A stretch of DNA of 64,000 nt. Origin: Mizuhopecten yessoensis. Its lineage: Eukaryota. The notes beneath the pieces are model-generated. The model did no database searches. It was not told the origin of the DNA and saw only the letters and a program-made list of their open reading frames with translations. The position numbers and the translations under genes were made by a program. Positions 52,242 to 64,000 of the stretch are shown one piece after another; position 1 is the first letter of the stretch, and the number at the start of each line of letters is the position of its first letter. Location: contig NW_018408633.1 of the NCBI RefSeq assembly GCF_002113885.1, forward strand, positions 71,249 to 135,248, read 5' to 3'.

Positions 52242-55200
52242 CTAAATAGCAAAAAGCTTCTCGACCGATAGTACGGACGGAGTCGGCCTTTATTCATAAA
52301 TATGATATGAATATAACGAATACGCATTAACAAAATAACTACTCTGACATCATTTACCGTACACACAAACAATCCTCCCACATATACCCTCACATGGTTC
52401 ATCACCCTACATCTCCTCACGTAAAACCAAGCGCGCCACCCAACCTGAAAACCTTATTAGGTGCGACAGGAGATGTACCAGCCCGACAATGCTTAAGTTT
52501 TTTTTACAAAATTGATGCTGGGATTTCCTAAATATGACGATGCCCACACATACATCTGTTACATAAACATAAAATTCTGCTATGATTTTATTTCAAGCTG
52601 TACTACGCCTTGCGAGATGCGAAGCTAGAATGAACATACACGTACCCGTAAACTACCCTTAGCATGTGCCTCAATCTGATTGGTCAAAACCTCTGCACGA
52701 GACAGGCAACTGCTCTCGTATACTCCGTGTATACAGGACAAATATTTCCCGCTATTCTCCGAAACAGGGGAAAGTAATAATCTATATGTGCCATAGCCAT
52801 TACTGTAGTCGTGTCCGTATGAGATCTATTGCGTTTCTTACCCCTGTGCTACATGTACACACTGTTCAAGGTCATACTGGTCAGGTTACCGTTCTTACAC
52901 AGTAAACACACATCATAATCCAGATTATATAAAAAGATGTACATGTATGAATAATCGTTTACAAATAAACCACAGAATTCCAGGGTGTAACTCCAGTACT
53001 AGCATACAAGTCACATAGGTGACTGTATAATAGTCTGTTCGTCGTTCAGGTACATGTATGTAGCTCAGCTATACAGGTAACGAGTACTATTATGGCCCGC
53101 AAAGGGGATATTTCAAAACATTTTTACCATGTTACCATTTTGTTAGAAATCATCTCACCGTCACACAGTCCAGTATTGGGGACTTTCCGGGGTTACTCAT
53201 ATCAAATGATATCACAAATTCCAATTTATTATATCATGAAAAAATCACGTAGAACAAGCAATTTTCATGTTTTAAATACAAAAAATATAAACCGCGATTT
53301 TTCAATTTTATCGTTATGTTGCAGGTGTGGGCTTCAATAGGTTTTTGTCTCTGTCGAATTGCCGTTCAATGTACAGGCAAATATTTTGTCTAATATGTAA
53401 AACAAAACACTTTCTAGAAATTCAGGTGAACACTGCAAAGATTCAAATACCAAACGATTCTTACACTGGTCTGATATATTTATGAATATGACTGTATACT
53501 GTCGAGCAATGACTTGACGTAGCAGACGACGGACATGTAAATTCGTAACGGATCAAAATTTTCATGTTTTGATCATACAAAGGCATCTATACATGATCAT
53601 GATATATCTATTAGTTCACTTAACATTAGTAGTGAAACAATCCACGGAAAAGGTGAACGCTGAAAATACCGGCGTTCTTCTCATTCCACCATAGTTCGTG
53701 TATTACCTCCCCTTAGGAACTCTTTCGTGTGACGATGACCCGTACATGCCAAACATTCGTTTGCTAATTTAACAATTTTTTATCACAAAATTTGAATATT
53801 TCCCATCGTTAGAATTTTCTAGATTTCGTATATGTTGTTTAAACACGTCTCTTATATATTCTCAACTAAAAATATTTTCTGTTGCAGTTTGTTTGAGGTG
53901 AAACCATAGATTAACTAGACTATAAACAGGCATTCTCAGGAAAATATACCGGAGCTCCTTCATACGCTTCTTAACCCAACGCCGCCCTCTTGATCTTCCA
54001 GAAGTACTCATAGATATTAACTGATTAAACATTAATTTCTGTAAATAACATGATCGATGTTAGAGTCGGAGCATTCTGTTGTATCTGTAAGAAGACAAAC
54101 TGACACTACAAAGGGTTTAGAATATCGATACTACAAGATGATGATTTTTACTTGTTTGTTAGTTGTTATTCTGTCGGGAAACTCTCCTTCGTACAGAATG
54201 TATAGGGTTCGTGTCAGTGCCTCGAAATGGCCAACACATATATTGATGATTTATTGTTCTCGCAAGAAAATATATAAGCTTACCGAACTACGCATCATTA
54301 TGTGTCTGGAATTCGGAATATGACACTAATGATATTTGTTTAATATGCAATATTTGTATATTATTTTACAGTACCGAACAAGGCATGTGGGCATTCTTAT
54401 AGAGTATTCAATTGATCGTTGTATTCGTATAGTGCCATAGATAAAAATGAAGAGGTATACATTAAGTGGGCTTAAAGAGATGAAATGTAAACAATGTGTA
54501 ACAAATAACACAAAAGATATATAAACATGTAACTATGACATTGTATTTGGGAGGCTGACTGCCTTTATATTTATATTAATATAAATAATGGACTTTTCAT
54601 TACAATAATCAAATATTTGACAGAGGTACTGTATACGTTTGATGGAGAATTTCTAACCAATACACGTATAGTGAAAAACAAATATTTTAGAATCTGTAAA
54701 AGTGATACATGTGTATTGCCATTAATTGATTTAGAAACAAGTTAATGGGTATTCAATTAGGACCAAATGTTGACTTCTATTTTTCTGTCTTCTCTTGTAT
54801 TCTGATGGAAATCAAATATGTTTCGCGCAGTCGTACCTCCACTTTACTTTACCAGCAACAGCTGAGGAAAAGCTTATTCTCTTATACCATTTTTAGATGA
54901 AAGCTAACTCTTATCGAAATTCCCAAGATCGGGATTCCACTTATGTAACAAGAATAACGTAAGAAAGATAACGATATCAACATTGGCATATAATTGGTTG
55001 TATAGGGTTTAACGTCCTATCAACAGCTAGGGTCATTTAAGGACGTACCTACATGTGTGTTGCGCATGCGTGCATGCGTGCATGTATGTACTTAAGTTTG
55101 TGTGCCGAAGGCAAGGTATGCTGGTGTATTTGCCTCCTTATAATATTTCGGATCTGATGCCGACTGCATAGCGCTATCTCATCGCAATACGATGCCGAAG

Positions 55201-58200
55201 GCGCCCAACACAGCATTTTGCCTGTTCTCATTATACAAATGTACTGGCAACGGGTCAACAAATTGTTGCCATTTCCCTGAATTTGACGAACTATATTTTT
55301 TTTTGTAAAAGATGCTTTCTACCGATGAGATTTGCCATTGACTGCACACATTAATAACCCCAAAAAACTAAGAGTTTTGTCAGCAGAAGCATGAAACCTG
55401 ATTTTATGATAAACTTAAATCAAGATAGCTTCCATTGTGTACTGAACTGAGATAAGTTATGCTTGTGTAATTTACAAGAAAAATTGTGCGAATAACTAAA
55501 GAACACTTACTGTATTGTAATTAACCAAAAGTTAGATGATGATTACCTGTTCTGTTTTTGTTAACTACAACATATAACTCACAGCTGTGCGCCTGACTGA
55601 TGGTTGTCTAATGAAAATATTATATATGTTACGGTTGTTTTATTAAAAAAAAAGGTATCGGACGGTTTTGTTTTTAATTAAAAAAAATGCGGTTTTCTGA
55701 CTTAATACAGATATTGCGGTTTTGGCGTAGGTTGTATCATTAATTGAAAAGACAACTGACTTAAGGTTTTATGATTCTCTGACATGCCACGTACGGCTGT
55801 AAACTTATTAAAGATTTTATAAATTAAAGAAATAATATCTACGGTTGTGTGATTAACAATGAGACGATTTAAAGTTGAACCACTAACTAAAGGATAGCTA
55901 ATGGTTGTGTGCTTAACATAAAACTACCTTGAGTTTTATGATTCACAAATATGCTACTTGCAGCTGTGTGATGAACATGAACGCTAATTCTTTCCATGAT
56001 TAACTAAATGTGTTTAATGGTTCTGTGATAAACATAAAACTAACTTGAAAAAATATGGCTGTGTGATTAAGGGATAAGATACCTCGTTACCATTTGTTTC
56101 ATAGTACGTAATACGGCCCCTCATGTGTGCATGTAAGTAATTTTTTCCCCGTTCTACTTGCATGAACATTGGAAAAATCCAGATTCAATACCTATATGAT
56201 TGTGATTAAAATAACGATTTAGAAGAGCGACTCTACTCGCTAAATAATCGACAATAAAGAAAAGAACGTTAGATAATGCCAAAAAGAGTAAATTAAATAG
56301 CATTTAGAAGGATATCACCAATAGTATTGATGATATAGTATAGGAAGGTAATAATGTTAAAATAGTCAGCAAGCCATCATGTAAACTATCATGTTTTCAT
56401 TAGACTGCGGACTGCTATTCCAGTTGTTTTAAACGGATTCGATACTATCTACTTTTTTGTGTGGCAATTATGGTGTAAGCCTAAACATGATTTCATGTAC
56501 CATTATAAATTCGTGATAATTTCGTCTAATGCAAGCGGTTCCTGATCAAGGTTTTGATTGAACAAAGGGAGAAAACCCTTGCTTAGTTCAAAATTTCAGA
56601 GCTTTTCTAATCATATTGGTACATGTATTAAATGTATCATTTGGTGGATGTGGTATATAGTTGTTGTGTAAATAACCAATGAAATAGAGTTTTTAATTAT
56701 TGATTATTTTCCCGGAGGGTTGTAATTTAAAATGATGGTGGTCTTTTTAAGCATTCATCTGTTTTTTATGAATAAAAAGAATCATGACGAATACTCCTGT
56801 ATTTTTTAGTCATATGTATAGCTATTTCTACGATCTTATTTGTGTTATTTGTTCTTCTTTCTTTAGCCTAACAGTATGCCTTTGCCATTATTCATCCACA
56901 GTCTGGCCTCTGGTCCATGGATTATGAAACGATTGTGTGAATCTGCTCTTATGAAAAGTCAAAAATTTCTACTGACCAATATTTCTGAGCCATACTTAAT
57001 AAAAGATGCAAAGAAAATAATATGTCGTGGTGTTTTTTTCAAAGGTCGGTTACAATGTAAGCATACACAGTTTACCTAATATGTAGGTTTGGTGAAATCT
57101 AACAACCACACATTCAAACAACATATCCAAAGTGTGAAATGAGAAAGCCATAAAAGTTTGCACAATTAATTAAAGAAGTATTTTCTTCTTAATTATGGAA
57201 GTAAAACGTCTTCAAATTATATTTTAATCTCAGAAAAGCAGTTAAGGTTACCCCTTCCACATATCTTAAAATGACAAAATCCTCATTTTTCGGTAAATTC
57301 AAATTGATATAAAGATCCTGCTGGATAAATACCGAGATTGTTTGGTGATCCCGGTTCTCGGTCTTTATGTTATGTTTTGTACGAAGCATGAATGTATATG
57401 CAAGTAATTGATTATCAATACATGGCTTAGGTAAGGATAAACAGCACCGCTTTAACGTAAGTGAACGAATATAATAAACAAAGTGTAACAGTGAAGCATC
57501 TTGTTTTCGGTTAGTTATAATGAGTAACGATAACATTAGGAATAAACATAACAATATAATCAAGATATTCAGGATCCATTCTCACAATTCACACATGTTT
57601 AAGGTAGACAAAGGCAAACAATGTCAAAACAAGTTAAAAATTACTTAGTAAACGGTACAGCAAAAGCAAAAGAACTATGTACATGTACATGTACACAGCG
57701 CGTCTACTACATGTCGTTACAGGTACCGTGCCGATACCCTTTGCTCTTTTTTTCTGCAGGGTGAAACTGGCATTTTTTTTTTCGAACTTATACCACCCTC
57801 TGTATATGAAACTTGCCAAAAATATAAAAAAATATATATATATATAAAAAAATCGATGATTTGCATAATGTCACACATAATGTCACACATGCTGCCCCAT
57901 TGGCCCTTTTAAAATGACGATATTTCTAGTCACATTTTGGCACGCTTTACCATCATTTCCTTTTTGAATACTACATCATAAGTGAATGTTAAATTCGTGT
58001 ATTGTGTAAACATTACCTCTGACCCAGTTGATCACATACTTGTCGTTCGTTGGATTCTGCTCTCACGACATCTCGTGAGTTCGCATGTACATGATAATGA
58101 CATGAGCACGGCTTCAACCCTGCGCCTTGTGTGAAAACTAATATTCGGGCAAACGCTTCGCACGATTATACTTAACACTAATTTGAGAGGGACGGTTACT

Positions 58201-58377
58201 TTAAAGCCAGTGCACATTTAATACGTGAGTAAACAGCTATCGGTATCAATAAATAGACTCCTCCTATGTTTCTGGTAATTAATAGCACTTTTCTGGTGGT
58301 TGTCTAAAAGTGTTTCCTATCATTGGATAGATTGATATTTGAAAACAATTTTTCTGTATCCACGGAAGTATACTCTC

Positions 58378-58535
58378 AAAAAACACACATGAGATATTTC
58401 GAACGGACGGAATAGTCTCAATTAACACACATAAGACACATCGGACGGACGGGCTATTCTCAATTAACACATATGAGACACTTCAAACGGACTAGTATTC
58501 CCAATAAACACACATGGGACACTTCAGACGGACGG
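58378..58535. repeat. Short ~42-bp tandem repeat, 4 degenerate copies
   Basis: aacacacatgagacacttc..acggacgg..tattctcaatt recurs four times. Confidence 0.7.
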
Positions 58536-59693
58536 AAAAAGGGATAACGTGTCTATGTAAGGAAAATACGGGAGGAAAGAAAATCGAGAATGCGTACAAT
58601 GTTTTCACTCCAATCAACAATGTGAGTTTCACTTCGATAACATTTAACTGGGGTCGACTCATTGGCACTGACAGGTTTCCACTCTAGGTGTATGTACTAT
58701 CATCGGGGTTGGCATTGTAACATGGAATTGATCTAAACTATTGGTGCACACTGTGACAGCCAGACTAGTTCAAAACATACCCAACATACCTAGGCATCTA
58801 CTATTTTACAAGTTCGTAGTCCCTGTGTCAACGCCCTGACCACACATATATTGGAAATGAATAAATGCGTAATAAATATACACGGGGGCGAATGTTTTAA
58901 AGTGATACTTAAGACATTCACTGAGAGCTGGGTGTGGGAGTCGTCGAATCGCTTTCCTTACAGATCTAGAGGGCGGCTATCACAGTACATCCGTAACGTT
59001 TATCGCATCCTGCCGTTTATGTATGTTGCGCAAATTCCAGTATTGTTAACGCACGCTTTCCAGCTACAGCATCCAAACTATCAATCTTTTAAGTCAACAT
59101 TAATCAGTAACCATAGTGACACATTGGGAATCTACCGATATAGATAGTATCGATATCTTATCTGGTTAACAATATCGGCGGTAGAACCGGAATGTAGCAT
59201 ACAGGATTATATCACTCTAGTCCGTGTACTCTCGGAAAGCGACTGTTCATGTACTGTAAGTAGCCCTTAAAAACTTATTATCATCATTCCTATAAGTATT
59301 GTAAATACAGCGTAATGTATTTTTAAACATTCCTTAGTATTATCAAATTATATATATTGACAGTCCGTATCTATTTTTCTGACATTCTATACACATGTTT
59401 TGCCAAGTTAAGTGTATGTACTCCTGACACAGAGCTTGGCAATCGAAAGTGTATTTGGTCGTTTTCCTTCAGAAAACACAGACTTATTCACGGGCGTGGT
59501 TATATTACATACAGCCCCCACACATGTTCACTACTGTTTTCCGCACTAATACAAACTGGAGTATACTTACACATTGCACGTTCGGTTCATGTACATATCG
59601 TAAATAAGGCTAAAGATTGTGACACACGAAGCTATCTCGTTTTCTTTTAAAAAGAAAATAGCCTTTTTGATAATATGTGTGGATGCAGGACAC

Positions 59694-59736
59694 TATAAAA
59701 ACAGGAAAAGGCGAAGTTCTATTCTGTAACGCAAGG
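59694..59736 (+). promoter_or_regulatory. Putative TATA box and short non-coding first exon of the CUB gene
   Basis: TATAAAA at 59694-59700, donor-like gtatgt at 59737, and acceptor ctgttttttag at 59931 upstream of the ATG. Confidence 0.4.
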
Positions 59737-59960
59737 GTATGTGTATCATCTATGTTTACTGTTCACGTTTTATAACAGTGCTGTATACATGTACACACAC
59801 GGCGCGGTGACAGGGTTAGTATTAAACAGATTCGCACAATCTAATTGCCACAAACTATTTCTTACTTTAAACAATTTTGAATATCTTAGGTATGCCCGAA
59901 CATGTACGTAAGTCTGCGTTCTGTTTTTTAGATAAGCTGTCGGACCGAGCGTAAATCATC

Positions 59961-60012
59961 ATGACAACCCGACGGTACGCTCTGTCTCTTGTCATCGGTG
60001 CTCTGGTACAAG
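59961..60012 (+). CDS. Secreted CUB-domain protein, first coding exon (signal peptide)
   Basis: MTTRRYALSLVIGALVQ plus one base, then gtaagg. Phase 1 joins in frame to 61817. Confidence 0.75.
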
Positions 60013-60514
60013 GTAAGGTATCTTTATGATCACATACAGAGTTACAACATTTATGGTATAGCTCTGTTGTAATATTGATAGGATTGGATATTACTTGTTT
60101 TTAGTAATTTTGTCCAAAAAAAAAAAAAAAAAGCATTGAAATAATATTTAGCTCGATACATGGAACTAGCGATATCATCATATTTTCTTTAATAGTCATC
60201 CCACAACGAGAAGACTTTTATATCACTTCTTATTATATATATATATATACTTATTCAGTGCAATGCTGTTACGTGTATATCTATTTTACTTCGTTATTAG
60301 TGTAATGTGAGAATAACAGCAGTTAAGATAACAGTTGTATTTTTTCTGTATCTATAATATACGTTTTTAAGTCTGTTTTTGTTTTGTTAGTGGTTGGTTC
60401 TGTGTGTGTTATATAAGTATTTCTCCCTATTAAACAATGTTAGTTTTACTTCAGTTGTTTACTTTTTTTATTCTATATTTGTAATATAATTTGTTTTCCA
60501 TGTATAACTGATTA

Positions 60515-61892
60515 CTGCAGTTGTTCGTGTGAGTTGTCAGTGTGATAACTCGCCCGCTGTCACCGATGTACCACTGTACTACACAGCCTGTAACCCATGC
60601 CAATATCTCTGTTGACTGTATGCTGTAGTTGTTCGTGTGAGTTGTCAGTGTGATAACTCGCCCGTTGTCTCCCGTGTACCACTGTACTACACAGCCAGTA
60701 TCCCCTGCCAATGCCTCTGTTGTCTGTATGTTGTAGTTGTTCGTATGAGGTGTCAGTGTGATAACTCGCCCGTTGTCACCCCTGTACCACTGTACTACAC
60801 ACCCAGTATCACCTGACACTGCCTCTGTTGACTGTATGTTGTAGTTGTTCGTGTGAGTTGTCAGTGTGATAACTCGCCCGCTATCACCGATGTACCACTG
60901 TACTACACAGCCTGTAACCCATGCCAATATCTCTATTGACTGTATGCTGTAGTTGTTCGTGTGAGTTGTCAGTGTGATACCTCGCCCGTTGTCACCCCTG
61001 TACCACTGTACTACAAAGCCAGTATCACCTGACACTGCCTCTGTTGTCTGTATGTTGTAGTTGTTCGTATGAGTTGTCAGTGTGATAACTCGCCCGTTGT
61101 CACCCGTGTACCACTGTACTACACAGCCAGTATCACCTGACACTGCCTCTGTTGTTTGTATGTTGTAGTTGTTCGTGTGAGTTGTAAGTATGATAACTCG
61201 CCCGTTGTCACCCGTGTACCACTGTACTTTACAGCCAGTATCACCTGACACTGCCTCTGTTGTCTGTATGTTGTAGTTGTTCATGTGAGTTGTCATTGTG
61301 ATAACTCTCCCGTTGTTACCGATGTACCACTGGACTACACAGCCAGTAACCCATGCCAATATCTCTGTTGACTGTATGCTTTAGTTGTTCGTGTGAGGTG
61401 TAAGTATGATAACTCGCCCGTTGTCACCGATGTACCACTGTACTACACAGCCAGTAACCCATGCCAATATCCATGTTGTCTGTATGTTGTAGTTGTTCAT
61501 GTGAGTTGTCATTGTGATAACTCTCCCGTTGTTACCGATGTACCACTGTACTACACAGCCAGTATCACCTGACACTGCCTCTGTTGTCTGTATGTTGTAG
61601 TTGTTCGTGTGAGTTGTAAGTGTGATAACTCGCCCGTTATCACCGATGTACCACTGTACTTCACAGCCAGTATCATCTGTATCTGCCTCTGTTGTCTGTA
61701 TGTTGTAGTTGTTCGTGTGAGTTGTAAGTGTGATAACTCGCCCGTTGTCACCCGTGTACCACTGTACTTTACAGCCAGTATCACCTGACACTGCCTCTGT
61801 TGTCCGTATGTTGTAGTTGTTCGTGTGAGTTGTCAGTGTGATAACTCGCCCTTTGTCATCCCTGTACCACTGTACGACACAGCCAGTATCAC
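60515..61892. repeat. 108-bp tandem repeat, 13 copies, each a duplicated splice acceptor plus the 5' part of the CUB exon
   Basis: ag|TTGTTC recurs every 108 bp from 60521 to 61817. Only the last copy continues into TSPGYPRNY and a donor. Confidence 0.95.
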
Positions 61893-61922
61893 TAGTCCCG
61901 GCTACCCCAGAAACTACGCTAT
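61817..61922 (+). CDS. CUB-domain protein exon (end of signal peptide, start of CUB domain)
   Basis: gttgtag|(V)VRVSCQCDNSPFVIPVPLYDTASITSPGYPRNYA-AT|gtaagt. ITSPGYPxNY is the CUB N-terminal motif. Confidence 0.85.
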
Positions 61923-62895
61923 GTAAGTACACCAACAACTGTCTCATTCTTTAAAATAATACAGAGTGATATGGAAGAAGTTTCAAACCACGGCACTAAG
62001 CAATTATCACAACACGTTAAGAAGTTAAAAGAAAACTGAACATAAAGCGTTATTGTTCTTTTAAGCTTTTTACGCGATATCTCATCATTGACCTTTTGGC
62101 TTTCTTTCCGTTGTCTAGCGATAGACCTTCCACACTAACACTGTACACATGTAGCGCTAACGTAGGCAAGACTCCAGGTTTTTTGTTGCTAGTTCTCAAA
62201 CAACGTCTTTGTTTTATTTGGTATGTATTTCACTGAGATATCGTGACGTAGAGAAAGATTTTCCAACACGGCCACGTTTGTGCCCCAGTCTGTTGGTACA
62301 CAATTGAAGCTGCGAGATGATTTAATCCCATGAGTGGGACATAGTCTTAAATTGTGGTATATTGATAATATTATTTCGGTGCCGCCCTTGGCATCCGTGT
62401 CGATTAGATTTATATACGAATGTGAAATAAAATAAAATAGCGTACGGTTAAAATGAAGCGTCTGTATTTTGAACACAACCAGCTTTGATATTACACAAAT
62501 GCACGCATATACAAAACACGTGTACATGTATATGGCCATACACACACATTACTAGCCCATTTAATCATTATAACTCTTGTTTCATTAGTTAAACATATAA
62601 TCTGAAGGTTAAGGCGTTTGTGGTTCATTATCTGTACTGTATATGCTATGATATCATATCTATTGTCATATAGATACAATCTCATTATGATATTTATTGT
62701 TGCAAAAACATACGTGTATTAATTACATAACATATTAGTTGAGTGATACACACAACCTTCCCCGGATACACTTAAAGTAAAATATTATCATTGCACAAAA
62801 ATGAAAATGATATAGTTAACTGTGCTTTGCTAGAACAGTATCAATAACTTTCAAGCAGAGCCTATTGAATCCTTTATGAAAATTGATATTTTCAG

Positions 62896-63008
62896 TAATT
62901 TGAACTGCTCCTGGATTTTCGAATTCGAGCATGAAACGGACTACTTCTTTGTGCGGATGGACGACGTCTATGTTGATTGTAAGGGGGACGTAATCCGGTT
63001 AATAAATT
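62896..63008 (+). CDS. CUB-domain protein exon
   Basis: attttcag|T AAT TTG AAC TGC TCC TGG: (I)NLNCSWIFEFEHETDYFFVRMDDVYVDCKGDVIRLIN, then gtaagt. Phase matches; contains the CUB N-x-x-C-x-W and C-x-x-D motifs. Confidence 0.85.
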
Positions 63009-63976
63009 GTAAGTATACAAAGTCCCATTTCAAACACAGCTATATGATAGTTTGTGTGTCTAATCACTAAGATATGTTAAATACGAATTGCGTTTAATTC
63101 AAACTAACGAGTGTGGGTTGGGACACATTATATGCTTGATATAGTATGAAGCACTCTTGTAATCTGGAGTGCCTCTTTTGTCCTTGCCATGAGTGACGGA
63201 GTCTGTATCCGAAGTTATGAACGTGGATTTATATTACACATCATGTCGGTCTGTAGCCTAGCCAGCATAGGCGTTACAGAAGAAATGTAGCTGGTTTTGT
63301 AGCGTTTTCAAATTTGAGCACTCATTATCGCTGAATAAATGTTTGTGTGAAATAAAGACCTCTTACTGACTATCCATCGGCACCAATCCGTAACGTGAAG
63401 CACCCAGTGGAATAGACTATTACCAACACGTGTAGGACATATAGCAGTATGTTACAGTTTACTACAATTTATCAGAAGGAGGTGGGCTTTTTAGTGATCG
63501 CTTTTTTTGTCCCAGCAAGAGATAACGTTATAAAAAAACGATTTCTAAATATGATGGCAACACTTATAGGTACTAAATGAAGTGACGGGTCAATCTCACT
63601 GACATTATCTTAGTCAAATAATTATTGGACTAAACAAAGATACAGTACTCAGGAACAATAGAAAGGATAGGTAAGGGACATACAGTTACCAGGGTCCAGT
63701 TGTTTAAAAGATGATTAGCTTAATAAGTGATTAGCGCAAATTTTGAATTGTTGCGTATCTTTAAATCACAACCAGTGAATTAGTTACAATTTTTTCCAGA
63801 TCTCAAATATTTTGTAGAGTAAAGTTACACGCATATTTGTGAGATTTTACCTTGGAGTAAAACAAATGGGCCCAGAATGAAAACTACGTATAACAGTGCA
63901 TGATTGTAGCCCTCGATTTGTTGACTATATGTGTACTATTAACAAGTACATGATAACCAATATTTCCTTGTTACAG

Positions 63977-64000
63977 TACACACAAATACCGACATAGTTT
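63977..64000 (+). CDS. Probable next CUB exon, truncated by the window end
   Basis: tttccttgttacag|TA CAC ACA AAT ACC GAC ATA GTT is open in the phase-1 frame ((L)HTNTDIV). Confidence 0.55.

Noticed and set aside
60451-61947. Minus-strand 302-aa and 188-aa repeat ORFs
   Set aside because: Antisense of the 108-bp array derived from the plus-strand CUB exon boundary.

Overview
AT-rich animal genomic DNA with spliceosomal introns, LINE/SINE/MITE remnants and minisatellites. The repeat families resemble those of bivalve molluscs (inference). Three spliced genes can be reconstructed by hand. (1) A 3-exon, 227-aa calmodulin-like 4-EF-hand gene on the minus strand (33519 to 24771). (2) Head-to-head with it, a 2-exon plus-strand gene (35796-43095) encoding a signal peptide, about 60-65 tandem 21-aa acidic repeats (LQTRDADDADFSEDPKVRVTR) and a C-terminal domain with the motifs of bacterial aKG-HExxH peptide beta-hydroxylases (HEFIH, SSIRRQLR, FHAAYV). 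This looks like a self-contained RiPP-like precursor-plus-enzyme fusion in an animal, although this copy carries several frame lesions. (3) The 5' part of a secreted CUB-domain gene (59961 to the window end). In the EF-hand and CUB genes an exon boundary has been amplified as an intronic tandem array (about 38 splice donors and 13 splice acceptors). The rest is transposon debris and satellites.
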